DNA of 64,000 bases, from positions 111,483 to 175,482 of the forward strand of contig UQNQ01000002.1 of the NCBI GenBank assembly GCA_900542425.1. The letters are read 5' to 3'. Made by a program: the position numbers and the translations under genes. Numbering within the stretch: position 1 is the first letter of the stretch; each line of letters starts with the position of its first letter. The DNA comes from an uncultured Eubacteriales bacterium. Lineage in GTDB: Bacteria > Bacillota > Clostridia > Oscillospirales > CAG-272. Shown here in pieces: positions 46,500-56,536 of the stretch. A model generated the notes under the pieces. That model saw only the letters and a program-made list of their open reading frames with translations. It made no database searches and was not told the origin of the DNA.

Positions 46500-47669
46500 T
46501 TATGCGTAATTCTCCGGCCGGAATTCTGCCGGAATGTTGTTTTCATAATATTCGATCAGCGTTTCTCTACAAAACGGCTTTTCATTCTGCTGCAGGCGGG
46601 TACCGTGGCATACTGCCAACTCATCCGTATAGTCGCGCAGAAAATAAATTCTATGTCCGGTATATGCCGTCGAATAATGACAAACAATAGGGTAAATTTT
46701 CGCACTATCTATATAAGTGTAATCCTTATTTTTCATTATGTCAAGAGTCAAAATGCCTCCGAGCAAAGTTTTGTCGAATCTCATATTGGAAACCAAATTT
46801 CCAAGAGAATAAGCGACAAGTGTTTTGTGCCCATCAGGCGCAGTCTTCCATTCAATTCCTTCAAGCACATGAGGATGCGTTCCGATTACCACATCCACGC
46901 CCAGTTCCGTTAAAAGTTCTGCAAGATGTTCTTGGTTTGCTGTAGGATGAAAGCGTTCAACATATCCCCCGATATCATATTCAATGCCCCAATGCATAGA
47001 AACAAAAACAAGGTCCGCCGCCTCTTTCGCTTCCGTCACCTGACGGCGAATACGCTCCTCCGAGATGCGAGGCACATCGACATTGTCATCGCAGTTGGTC
47101 GAATACGTATAGGCAAGAAAGGCAATTTTGATCCCCTGCCGCTCGAGAATACGGTATCCGTCCGCATCTGCGCCGATGGTCATCTCCACTGTATTTTCCA
47201 AATATTCCTTTGTCCGGAACAGCCCCTCCGCTCCCTTATCAAGCATATGATTATTGGCAAGATTGACAATGTCAAATCCCGCTCCCGAAAGCGCGTCGGC
47301 GACTTCAAAAGGAGAACAAAATCTGGGGTATCCCGAAAAGCCGTCCGCGCCGAGAGGGGTCTCCTGATTAACAAAGGCGATATCAAAGGAAGAAATAAAA
47401 TCGGAAATTTCTTCATAAATCGAAGAAAAATCATATCCGTTCCCGGTACAAGCGCCCTTATAAATGCTGGAATGGATAAGATTGTCTCCCGCTGCGGCAA
47501 AGGTTACCTTTGCCGGCACCTCTTCCTCTTTCAGAAAATGCAACCCGAATGCTTCGGCATAAACGCCTTCCGAACCAGAAAATGCACAGGAAACAAGCAG
47601 CGCCAAAAGAGCTGCCGCAAGAAGGAATGCCCCCCATGCGCGAAATGATTTCCTGTGCAAAATTCTCAT
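46500..47669 (-). CDS. CapA/PGA_cap family metallophosphoesterase-like lipoprotein
   Basis: Lipobox LLVSC in the signal peptide. FAAAGDNLIH and GTHPHVL motifs are typical of CapA-family proteins. Confidence 0.75.
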   Translation of the reverse strand: MRILHRKSFRAWGAFLLAAALLALLVSCAFSGSEGVYAEAFGLHFLKEEEVPAKVTFAAAGDNLIHSSIYKGACTGNGYDFSSIYEEISDFISSFDIAFVNQETPLGADGFSGYPRFCSPFEVADALSGAGFDIVNLANNHMLDKGAEGLFRTKEYLENTVEMTIGADADGYRILERQGIKIAFLAYTYSTNCDDNVDVPRISEERIRRQVTEAKEAADLVFVSMHWGIEYDIGGYVERFHPTANQEHLAELLTELGVDVVIGTHPHVLEGIEWKTAPDGHKTLVAYSLGNLVSNMRFDKTLLGGILTLDIMKNKDYTYIDSAKIYPIVCHYSTAYTGHRIYFLRDYTDELAVCHGTRLQQNEKPFCRETLIEYYENNIPAEFRPENYA

Positions 47670-47718
47670 AAAATAACCGTTCCTTTTCTTTGAAAATTTA
47701 CACAGTTATTTTATCATG

Positions 47719-48969
47719 TTATCGACGTGACAATACGTCTTTTTCATATTTTCTGACATCGCTTATCCAATCCATGCCTGCCGGAACTCCGCAGCGTTCA
47801 CAATATTCCTCCCAAACGGCGCCGAACGGCAGCGTTTTCTGTTCCTCAAGCATAGCAAGTCTTGTCGTATAATCGAAAGCATGCTCGCATTCGCGCAGCT
47901 TCTCTGTCGGCTCCAGTGCCGCCAGTAGCAGCGCTTTCTGCATATTGCGCGAGCCAATTGCCCATGCCGCGATACGGTTGATGGAAGCATCAAAATAATC
48001 AAGTCCGATGTGGACACGGTTTTCAAAATGGTTCCGAAGAATCTCAAGCGCAATGGCACGCAACTCATCGTCAAGAATCACGACATGGTCGGAATCCCAG
48101 CGAACAGGACGTGATACGTGCAGTAAAATCTCATCGAGATACAGAAGCACGGATGAAATTTTATCGGAAATCACTTCTGTCGGATGATAATGTCCGGCAT
48201 CAAGAGTAAGAAGCATCTTGTTTTTCATCGCATAACCCATATAAAACTCATGCGAACCAATGGTGCAGCTTTCCGCGCCAATACCAAACACCTTGCTTTC
48301 CACGGCATTGAGATTATGGGTCGTATCTACGTCTCCCGCAAAAATTTTATCAAGCGAATCGACAAGGCGCGCACGCGCACCATAGCGATCGACAGGAATA
48401 TCCTTAAATCCGTCGGGAATCCAATAGTTTGTAACGGTCGTGTCATTCAGTTCTCTGCCGAAATATTCGGCAATCTTTCTCGACGCGATACAATGTTCAA
48501 TCCAAAAATCACGCACTTCCTGACTCGGATGGCTGAGTGTAAATCCGTCCGCGCTCATTTCATGGGAGAAACAAGTCGGATTGAAGTCAAGTCCGACATG
48601 ATGGGTCTTTGCCCAATCCACCCAGCTTGCAAAGTGCTTTGGCTCAATTTTATTTCTCGCAACCTTCTCACCGAGATTATCGAGATAAATCGCATGCAGG
48701 CTCAGGCGCTTTTTGCCGGGAATCAGTGAAAACGCCTTTTCGATATCTGCACGGAGCTCTGTAATGGTACGAGCTCTGCCGGGATAATTTCCTGTCGTTT
48801 GAATGCCGCCGGTCAGATCTCCGTCCGGATTTTCAAAGCCGCGCACGTCATCTCCCTGCCAACAGTGGATGGAAACAGGAATTTCCTTTACACGTGCCAT
48901 TGCGGCCTCTGTATCGACGCCGATTGCCGCATATACTTCTTTTGCCAATTCATAAGCTTTATTTGCCAT
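47719..48969 (-). CDS. rhaA: L-rhamnose isomerase
   Basis: Near full-length similarity to E. coli RhaA as remembered ([36 protein letters not shown]). Confidence 0.95.
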   Translation of the reverse strand: MANKAYELAKEVYAAIGVDTEAAMARVKEIPVSIHCWQGDDVRGFENPDGDLTGGIQTTGNYPGRARTITELRADIEKAFSLIPGKKRLSLHAIYLDNLGEKVARNKIEPKHFASWVDWAKTHHVGLDFNPTCFSHEMSADGFTLSHPSQEVRDFWIEHCIASRKIAEYFGRELNDTTVTNYWIPDGFKDIPVDRYGARARLVDSLDKIFAGDVDTTHNLNAVESKVFGIGAESCTIGSHEFYMGYAMKNKMLLTLDAGHYHPTEVISDKISSVLLYLDEILLHVSRPVRWDSDHVVILDDELRAIALEILRNHFENRVHIGLDYFDASINRIAAWAIGSRNMQKALLLAALEPTEKLRECEHAFDYTTRLAMLEEQKTLPFGAVWEEYCERCGVPAGMDWISDVRKYEKDVLSRR

Positions 48970-49003
48970 AATAATCCATTCCTTTCAGAACAAAGAATTT
49001 ACG

Positions 49004-50485
49004 TTATTTTATAAGAGACAGGAAACGTGCGTATGCCTCGTCCCATGCTCCTTTTTTGTCTGCCTCGGGCTCATATTCCTTCACCTCAAAGGACTCCGCA
49101 ATGATTTCTCTCGCCTGCCACATGTCGCGCACCTCTCCCAGTGCGATTGCCTGAGCCGCGATATTGCCAAGCGCTGTTGCCTCCACGGGACCCGCAAACA
49201 CAGGACGTCCGCAGGCAGTCGCCGCAAACTGAGAAAGCTGATCCTCTTTCGTGCCGCCGCCGACGATATTGATAGCAGGAATCCGTTCACCGCACATTTC
49301 ATCAATGCATTCAACCGTATAACGGTACCGCATCGCAAGGCTTTCTAAGATACAGCGGACAATTTCACCTTTCGTCTGAGGAACATACTGCCCGGTTTCA
49401 CGGCAATATTCCGCTATTCTGCGCGGCAGATTGCCCGGCGTACCGAAACGAGGATCATCGGTATCGATAAAGCAGCGCAGCGGTTCTGCCGCAGCCGCCA
49501 TATCGGCAAGCTCTTGGAAAGAAACCTTGTCTCCTTCGCGCTCCCACTGACGTCTGGATTCCTGTTCGACCCAAAGTCCCGTGATATTTTTGGAGAACCG
49601 GATTGTGCCGCCGTAGCCACCCTCATTGGTAAAATTGTAATTTCTGGTTTTTTCGCTGATTACCGGCTCTTTTGTCTCTGTTCCCATAATTGACCACGTA
49701 CCGGAAGAGAGCCAGATAAATTTTTCACTCTTCGCAGGGACGGCGAGAACCGCACTTCCCGTATCATGCGCCGCCACGGAAATCACCTTCGGATTCATTC
49801 CGCCGAATTCCTCCGTCAGCGACGGCGTAAGGGTACCGCATACAGTACCGGGCATGACAATACTGCCAAACAGTTTTTCAGGAAGCCCGAATTTTTCAAT
49901 CAGTTCCCACGACCAGTCGCGCGTTTTCGCATTGAGCAGTTGGCTTGTGGAAGCAATGGTATATTCCGTCTGCTTATATCCCGTCAGGAAATAGTTGAGC
50001 AAGTCCGGAACAAACAGCATATCAGAAGCAATATCAAAGAATTCCGGTGTATCCTTTTGAACCGCCAACAACTGATAGAGAGAATTGAGCTCCAGCACCT
50101 GAATACCGGTAATCCCGTAGACCTCCTCCGGAGATACACGTTCCGCCGAATATGCGGGGATTCCCGCCGTACGAGTATCCCGGTAATGAACAGGATTAGA
50201 AAGCAAATGTCCTTTTTTATCGAGAAAACCGAAATCCACTCCCCAAGTATCGATGCCGACAGAAGCGATGTCACGGTCGGCGCTCTGGGCGCATTTGTGC
50301 AGAGACGTTTTGATTTCATGGAAAATACGCAGGATATCCCATGTAAACTGCCCGGAAATCATAACAGGTTCATTGGGGAAACGATGATTTTCCTCCAGAG
50401 CGAAACGTTTTCCGTCAAAAGTTCCAACAATGCCGCGTCCGCTGGATGCTCCAAGATCTACGGCAAGCATTTTGAGTTTTTTCAT
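49004..50485 (-). CDS. rhaB: rhamnulokinase
   Basis: FGGY-family kinase of 493 aa, with N-terminal AVDLGASSGR, lying directly upstream of rhaA. Confidence 0.9.
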   Translation of the reverse strand: MKKLKMLAVDLGASSGRGIVGTFDGKRFALEENHRFPNEPVMISGQFTWDILRIFHEIKTSLHKCAQSADRDIASVGIDTWGVDFGFLDKKGHLLSNPVHYRDTRTAGIPAYSAERVSPEEVYGITGIQVLELNSLYQLLAVQKDTPEFFDIASDMLFVPDLLNYFLTGYKQTEYTIASTSQLLNAKTRDWSWELIEKFGLPEKLFGSIVMPGTVCGTLTPSLTEEFGGMNPKVISVAAHDTGSAVLAVPAKSEKFIWLSSGTWSIMGTETKEPVISEKTRNYNFTNEGGYGGTIRFSKNITGLWVEQESRRQWEREGDKVSFQELADMAAAAEPLRCFIDTDDPRFGTPGNLPRRIAEYCRETGQYVPQTKGEIVRCILESLAMRYRYTVECIDEMCGERIPAINIVGGGTKEDQLSQFAATACGRPVFAGPVEATALGNIAAQAIALGEVRDMWQAREIIAESFEVKEYEPEADKKGAWDEAYARFLSLIK

Positions 50486-50721
50486 GTTTATGTATCCTTT
50501 CGAAAAAGAATTTTTTCATTTATACTGTGCGTTTCACGCGAACGGATTCGCCGAAATCTGCAGCCTTTCCCGGACGGGAAAAGCCCGTCCGGATAAAGCC
50601 CCTACGAGGAGTTCTCTACAAAAGCACGGAAACAACCAATTATCATTTTACCGTCAGGACAACGGTATGATTTCGATCTCGTTTTTCAGAAATCATCCAT
50701 TTGACTGTCCGATTCGTCTTT

Positions 50722-53124
50722 TCATTTCAACTCCGCAACCGCAACGCCGGTATCTCCTTCTCCGACCGTACCGCAGCGCACAGAGGCAACCCGTGCGTCA
50801 CGACGCAAGAAATCGGTCACAGCACGGCGCAGTGCGCCGGTTCCTTTCCCGTGGATAATACGCACCTGTGTTACACCGGCACGCTGTGCGTCGTCAAGAT
50901 ATCTGTCAAGAAGAAAGCACGCGTCGTCCGCGTAATTTCCACGCAAATCAAGCTCGGGACTGAATGATGACGCCATACGGTCACCCACGCTTTTAACCGG
51001 CGCTTTCTTGCCGTTTTTATCGGTAAACGTCACCTTTACCCCATCTATCAGCATGAGATTTTTGATATTTGTTTTCATATTGACGATTCCGGCTTGTACA
51101 GTAACGTTTCCGCTGCCGTCCGGATCGGAAAGCAGCACGCCTTTCTTACCGATGTTCACAAGAATAACCTCGTCCCCTTTTTTCAAAGGGCGCGGCAGCA
51201 CATAGTTCTCCGCCGTTTTGGGATCCACCGGATCCAAGCTGTCGCTGTTCTGCTTTAAGTGAAGACGGATATCGCGTCGTGCCTGTTCCAAAGATTTTGC
51301 CAGGTTTTCGCTTTCTTTTTCCCTCTTTACCTTTTCCAACTGCTCAAAAATAAATTCACTGGAAGCCTTGGCGCTTTCCACCATCCGTACAGCGGAAGCC
51401 CTTGCCTTTTCCAATTCTTTCTCCGCTTCGCGTTCCCGCTTTTCGACAAACTCGTCCATTTCCGCTTTTTCCCCTCTCGCTTTAGCAAGAAGGGCTTCCG
51501 CTTCGGCCCTGGCTTTTTCCATCGCAATTCGTTCTGTCTCAAGCCGTTCAATCACGGATTCAAAACGGCGGCTCTCTCCGGTAACATAACCCTGCGCGCG
51601 CGCAATAACCGGTTCCGGAAGCCCTAACTTGCGGGAAATCGCAAAAGCGTTGGATTTTCCGGGCGTGCCGATAATCAGCCGATAAGTCGGCCGCAACGTC
51701 TCCACATCGAATTCACAGGAAGCGTTACACACGCCTTCGGTATCGAGCGCGTAAGATTTTAGCTCCGCATAATGCGTTGTTGCAGCACAAAGCGCACCTT
51801 TTTCCCGAACCGATTCCAAAATGGAAACAGCAAGCGCCGCACCCTCCACAGGATCCGTTCCCGCGCCTACCTCGTCAAGCAAAACCAAAGAATGGTCGTC
51901 GGCGCGTTCTAAAATATCCACAATATTCACCATATGAGAGGAGAAAGTGGAGAGCGACTGCTCAATGCTTTGTTCATCTCCGATATCAGCAAGAATGTCG
52001 CCGAAAATTCCGACAGACGATCCGTCTGACACCGGAATATGCAGACCGGACTGCGCCATCAGGGAAAACAAGCCTAGCGTTTTAAGCGTCACGGTTTTTC
52101 CGCCCGTATTCGGCCCCGTAATAATCAAGGCGTCGTATTTTCCTCCGAGCGACACGGTAATCGGAACAACGCTGTCTGCGGAAATCAGGGGATGGCGCGC
52201 TCGGACAAGGTGGATTTCCGATTTCTCTGTAATCTCAGGAGCCATTCCCTCCATTCGAAAAGAAAGTTGGCTTTTTCCGAAGGCAAAAGCAAGCAGGGTA
52301 AGGTTTCGGTTGTTTTCTTTCAGCTTTTCTCCGTAATCTGCAATATCAGCGGAAAGCTCAGAAAGAATCCTTTCGATTTCATCCGCTTCCAAACGTTCCA
52401 AAACGCGAAGCTCATTATTTGACTCCACAACAGAAAGAGGCTCAATAAACAGCGTTGCTCCCGATGCCGAGGTATCATGGACAAGCCCGCGGATTTCGTT
52501 GCGGTATTCCTGCCTTACCGGTATGACATAACGGCCGTCGCGCATCGTGACAATCGGCTCCTGAAGATACTTTGCATAGGCGCTGCCGGTGACATATTTC
52601 TGAAGGGTTTCTCGTATTTTCCCGTTTTCCGCTCGGATTTTGCGCCGGATATCGTACAGCGTGTCACTTGCCGTATCGGATACCGTTTCCTCGCCGACAA
52701 AGCATTTTTCGATCTTTTCCTCAAGAAACCGATTCGGGACAAGACGGGAAAAATACTCATCAAGCGCGTTTTCTTCCGTACGGTCGGCATTGCGGTAATC
52801 CCGCACGGCCCGCGCCGCGGAAAGCGTACGTCCAACGGCAAGAATTTCACGAATTGTAAGCACCGCGCCTTTATCGGCACGGTCGACCGCATCCGTGATG
52901 TCGGAAATCCCGGAAAAAGGCGGCATTCCTTTTACAGTCTGCATGCTCTTCGCCGCATCTGTATGCGCAAGCATCCGGCGAACCGTAAGAATGGCACGCG
53001 ACGGACAAAGCGCCATTGCCAGCTTTTTCGCGCCCTCAGTCGGACAAACCGCAGCAAGCATCTCGCGTATTTTATCAAATTCAAGCGTTCTTATTGCTTT
53101 CTCAAAACTTTTTTTCTGTTCCAT
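50722..53124 (-). CDS. mutS2: endonuclease MutS2
   Basis: 800 aa with a MutS ATPase domain (Walker A GPNTGGKT), a long coiled coil and a C-terminal Smr domain. Confidence 0.95.
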   Translation of the reverse strand: MEQKKSFEKAIRTLEFDKIREMLAAVCPTEGAKKLAMALCPSRAILTVRRMLAHTDAAKSMQTVKGMPPFSGISDITDAVDRADKGAVLTIREILAVGRTLSAARAVRDYRNADRTEENALDEYFSRLVPNRFLEEKIEKCFVGEETVSDTASDTLYDIRRKIRAENGKIRETLQKYVTGSAYAKYLQEPIVTMRDGRYVIPVRQEYRNEIRGLVHDTSASGATLFIEPLSVVESNNELRVLERLEADEIERILSELSADIADYGEKLKENNRNLTLLAFAFGKSQLSFRMEGMAPEITEKSEIHLVRARHPLISADSVVPITVSLGGKYDALIITGPNTGGKTVTLKTLGLFSLMAQSGLHIPVSDGSSVGIFGDILADIGDEQSIEQSLSTFSSHMVNIVDILERADDHSLVLLDEVGAGTDPVEGAALAVSILESVREKGALCAATTHYAELKSYALDTEGVCNASCEFDVETLRPTYRLIIGTPGKSNAFAISRKLGLPEPVIARAQGYVTGESRRFESVIERLETERIAMEKARAEAEALLAKARGEKAEMDEFVEKREREAEKELEKARASAVRMVESAKASSEFIFEQLEKVKREKESENLAKSLEQARRDIRLHLKQNSDSLDPVDPKTAENYVLPRPLKKGDEVILVNIGKKGVLLSDPDGSGNVTVQAGIVNMKTNIKNLMLIDGVKVTFTDKNGKKAPVKSVGDRMASSFSPELDLRGNYADDACFLLDRYLDDAQRAGVTQVRIIHGKGTGALRRAVTDFLRRDARVASVRCGTVGEGDTGVAVAELK

Positions 53125-53127
53125 TTT

Positions 53128-53352
53128 TCAGTCATCGAGCGACACCGCTTCCATTTCAGGCAACGGTATTTTTTCCTTTGGGTTTCGTTTCAGCGGGTCA
53201 TATCGGAAACGGCGGCAAACGAAGTCTGCTTTTACAACGCCCTTTTTGATACAAACTACGTCGTCCGTGCCGGGAACCGGCGTTCCATGCTCACAGAACG
53301 CACAAAATTTTTCGATTTCCGTCCCAGTCTCCGGCATCTGTTTTTTGAACAT
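53128..53352 (-). CDS. small Cys-containing protein of unknown function
   Basis: The ORF ends 3 nt before the mutS2 start. It contains CAFC ... C ... C (four Cys). Start set at MFKKQMPE after AAAGGA. The ORF track starts at 53373. Confidence 0.5.
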   Translation of the reverse strand: MFKKQMPETGTEIEKFCAFCEHGTPVPGTDDVVCIKKGVVKADFVCRRFRYDPLKRNPKEKIPLPEMEAVSLDD

Positions 53353-53407
53353 GGTATTCGTCCTTTCCGTCATGATTTTTTACGTTTCTATTATACAGCA
53401 TTCTTTC

Positions 53408-54505
53408 TTATTTTTCCACCCTTTTTTTGAAAAATCCCTTATTTTTTATGGAAACAACCGCAGCATAGAGCAGTAGCCCTGCAAGAAGCATCAGAATAAC
53501 GGCAAACGAAGAAAAAGATTTCTGAGGAGAAGCGCCAAAAAGCACTGCATACAAAGCACACAGCAAACTGCAAAGCATTCTGCCTGAAAGATACCCTTCC
53601 ATCGGAATCGATCCCGCCTCCGCACGGTCGGCAGCCTGCATCCAAACGGAGATTCCGCCGAAGCCGAGAATTCCTCCGCAGACAGCAAGCAAAACAGCGA
53701 AAGGAAATTCTCCGGTCTCTCCAAGCGCTGAAAGACCGCCGGATATCTCAAATACCCCTCTTAAAATCGCCCCAAAGGAATGCTGAGCCAGTCTTTTCCA
53801 GATGACAAGAAAAGAATCGGAAAGTACGGTAAAAAACACAATAAAGCCACAGACAGATACCAAAGAGAAAGCGCTCTCTGACACGGATGATGAAACGATC
53901 CGAGCAGCAGATATATTTTGCTTCGGCACGTGTCCTGCAGGTAAAATCGGTTCTGCCGCTCCGGTCATTCTTCGTCTTTTTGCCGTCAACAGCACTGCGG
54001 TTACGGCAGCCGCAGTCTGTGCGGCAAACAAAACAGCACCGAGGCTCACCGAACCGAAAAAAGCGGCGCCTACCGTTCCGATAACAAAAGCAGGTCCGGC
54101 ATTGTTGCAAAACGGCATCATCTGGCGAGCCTCCTCCTTTGAAATCTCTCCACGAAGAACAAGTTCGGAAAGTATCACCGCGCCCATCGGAAAACCCGAA
54201 ATAAGCCCGACCAAAAATGCGGTAAGTCCGCCGCAGGATATTCCGAGGCGGGGACAAAGATGCCTAAGAGGAGTTCGGGAGAGTTTTTCACAAAATCCTG
54301 TTTTAATCAGAATTTTCGCACAGATCATGAAAACGGCGAGCGACGGAACAACGGATTTCGCACACAGAAAAAGCGCCCGCAAGGCAGACTGTGCCGCCGC
54401 TTCAGGTAAAATCAAGCAAAACGCCATCAGCCAAAAGGAAAACAGGATTAAAAGCAGAACAGAAAATTTATTCTTATTTTGTTTTATTGACGCCACCTCC
54501 CGCAT
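53408..54505 (-). CDS. ylbJ: sporulation integral membrane protein YlbJ-like (nucleoside-recognition/Gate domain)
   Basis: 365-aa polytopic membrane protein. It resembles YlbJ-type proteins and sits among sporulation genes. The assignment is from memory. Confidence 0.55.
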   Translation of the reverse strand: MREVASIKQNKNKFSVLLLILFSFWLMAFCLILPEAAAQSALRALFLCAKSVVPSLAVFMICAKILIKTGFCEKLSRTPLRHLCPRLGISCGGLTAFLVGLISGFPMGAVILSELVLRGEISKEEARQMMPFCNNAGPAFVIGTVGAAFFGSVSLGAVLFAAQTAAAVTAVLLTAKRRRMTGAAEPILPAGHVPKQNISAARIVSSSVSESAFSLVSVCGFIVFFTVLSDSFLVIWKRLAQHSFGAILRGVFEISGGLSALGETGEFPFAVLLAVCGGILGFGGISVWMQAADRAEAGSIPMEGYLSGRMLCSLLCALYAVLFGASPQKSFSSFAVILMLLAGLLLYAAVVSIKNKGFFKKRVEK

Positions 54506-54608
54506 AGAAATAAATAAAGCAAAAAATGTCTGCGTCCGGAGTAGCGGCCCTATTCCGTCAAAATGTCGGTTTCCCTAAGTTTTCTGCCTGATAAGATGGT
54601 TCGCGGCG

Positions 54609-54643
54609 CTGTCTGACATGCACTGCCTTTCAGACAGTTTTTT
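54609..54643 (+). terminator. orphan terminator-like hairpin in the ylbJ / yqfC divergent intergenic region
   Basis: 8-bp stem ctgtctga / tcagacag with a 13-nt loop, followed by T6 on the plus strand only. No plus-strand gene lies upstream. Confidence 0.45.
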
Positions 54644-54766
54644 CAGATTGGTCGGAAAACTCCGGAAAAACGCATGACTTTTCTTCTTTCTGAATTCCAA
54701 TATATGCAGACATTTCCCCCGATATGGTTCCATGCGGGGGAATTGTACGCAAGGGTGGAGGTCAAC

Positions 54767-55021
54767 ATGAAAATCAAAAAAGAAAAAATTGTCCGGCCGC
54801 CGCATGTTCCGATCCTGCCCCGCGAAACGGTCGAAATTGCAGGACGGTGTGAAATGCTGGTAACAGGCGTCCTCGGAATCGATGAATACAGCCGTGAAAA
54901 AATCCGTGTCAATACAGGCGACGGTATCATTGAAATCGTCGGAAAAGCTCTCATCATGTGTTGGGCGGGAGAAAAAAAGTTGATGTTCCGAGGGGCCATT
55001 GAAACCGTCACATTTAACTGA
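54767..55021 (+). CDS. yqfC: sporulation protein YqfC (YabP/YqfC family)
   Basis: 84 aa from the ATG 5 nt after GGTGGAGG. The family-like core is EIAGRCEMLVTG...IRVNTGDGIIEIVG. It lies immediately upstream of yqfD. Confidence 0.8.
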   Translation: MKIKKEKIVRPPHVPILPRETVEIAGRCEMLVTGVLGIDEYSREKIRVNTGDGIIEIVGKALIMCWAGEKKLMFRGAIETVTFN

Positions 55022-55074
55022 AACCGGAAGAAAAATCCGGAATACAATAGCCATACAGCAAAACGGAGGCAGTT

Positions 55075-56274
55075 ATGGGAAAGATTTTTACTTTTGTTCG
55101 AAGCGATTACCGAATATCCGTAGATGAGAAAGACGGCAACCATGCGCTTGATTTTCTCGTATCGCATGATATCCCGTTTCACGGACTGGAAACAGAAAAT
55201 GGGATTTTATCCTTCCATTTGTTCATTCCATACTTCAAAGAATATGAACGACTGCGCGCAGAAAATCGTTTTGCCGGTGAAAAACGGGAGCTTTGCGGAC
55301 TACGCGCGCTTATGCGCCGATACAAAGGACGAATCGGTCTTTTGGTGGGAGCCGTCGCTGCGCTTGTGCTCGTCATTTCTTCTTCTTTTTTTATTTGGGA
55401 TATCACCGTCACCGGTACGGATAAGCTCTCCTCTCAGACCATTATCGAGGCGCTGGAGCAGCACGGCGTCAAGCTTGGCGCCTATATTCCCGATTTGGAT
55501 ACAGAAAAAATCGAACAGGCCATGGTCTTGGAAGTCGACGGACTTTCCTGGATCAGTCTCAATCTCCGCGGAACTGTCGCGTCCGTTGAAATCCGGGAAA
55601 GAAGTCAAGATGCGGACAAGGTCGATGTTCAGGCTCCGTCCAATCTCATTGCAGCGTTTGACGGGCAAATCGAATCGCTTGAAATCACAGGCGGTGTTGC
55701 CGCAGTAAACCGCGGGCAAATCGTCAAAAAAGGGGATCTTCTTGTAAGCGGTGTCATTGATTCCAACGCACTCGGTTATCGTCTTGTGCGCGCACGGGGA
55801 GAAGTCACGGCGCGGGTCACTCTCGTTTATAACGTTGAAATTCCGTATCAGAAAGAGGAAAAAGTCTATACCGGAAACTTCACAAACAAAAAATCCATAA
55901 AAATTTTTTCTGAAACCATAAATCTTTTCGGAAAAGATAGCATTTCATATGAGAATTGTGATAGAATAGAAAAAGAAAAGCGGCTGTATCTCTTCGGCGT
56001 CATTAAATTGCCTATCTTCATCACGGAAACGACCTATGCTGAATATGAAATGAAAGAAAAAACACTTTCTCAGTCGGAAGCTCTATCCCTCGCTTATGAA
56101 GAACTCCGCAGCATCAGCGAAAATGACCTTGAAAATGCGGAAATTCTTTCCCGCCACACCCATTTTTCCGAGGATGAAAACGGTATTTATTTAAGAGAGG
56201 AAGTAGAATGCATCCTCGATATTACGCAAGAGGTCAAAATTGAAACGGATGAAGCATCCCCTTCGGAACAGTAA
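55075..56274 (+). CDS. yqfD: sporulation protein YqfD (stage IV sporulation family)
   Basis: 399 aa with a central TM helix. The yqfC-yqfD-phoH-ybeY synteny matches Bacillus and Clostridium. Confidence 0.85.
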   Translation: MGKIFTFVRSDYRISVDEKDGNHALDFLVSHDIPFHGLETENGILSFHLFIPYFKEYERLRAENRFAGEKRELCGLRALMRRYKGRIGLLVGAVAALVLVISSSFFIWDITVTGTDKLSSQTIIEALEQHGVKLGAYIPDLDTEKIEQAMVLEVDGLSWISLNLRGTVASVEIRERSQDADKVDVQAPSNLIAAFDGQIESLEITGGVAAVNRGQIVKKGDLLVSGVIDSNALGYRLVRARGEVTARVTLVYNVEIPYQKEEKVYTGNFTNKKSIKIFSETINLFGKDSISYENCDRIEKEKRLYLFGVIKLPIFITETTYAEYEMKEKTLSQSEALSLAYEELRSISENDLENAEILSRHTHFSEDENGIYLREEVECILDITQEVKIETDEASPSEQ

Positions 56275-56536
56275 TTCCGACAGAGAGAGACAACGCGGCA
56301 AAAAGGAATGCCGGCTTTCTATATAAAAAAGACGTTATCTGTGTTCCTTTCGATATTGCCTGACTTTTTCCGATGCACAGGCACCGTGTCATCCTGTCTG
56401 TGCCTCTTCAAAATAAAACCTTTCAACATCTTTCCTTTTCAAGAGAAAGAATCTTTCCCAGTATCTTCCGGAAAAAGTTATGCAGCATTCCAATCTCTTT
56501 GTATCAGTCGTTTTAAAAATAAGGAGAAAATCATTC

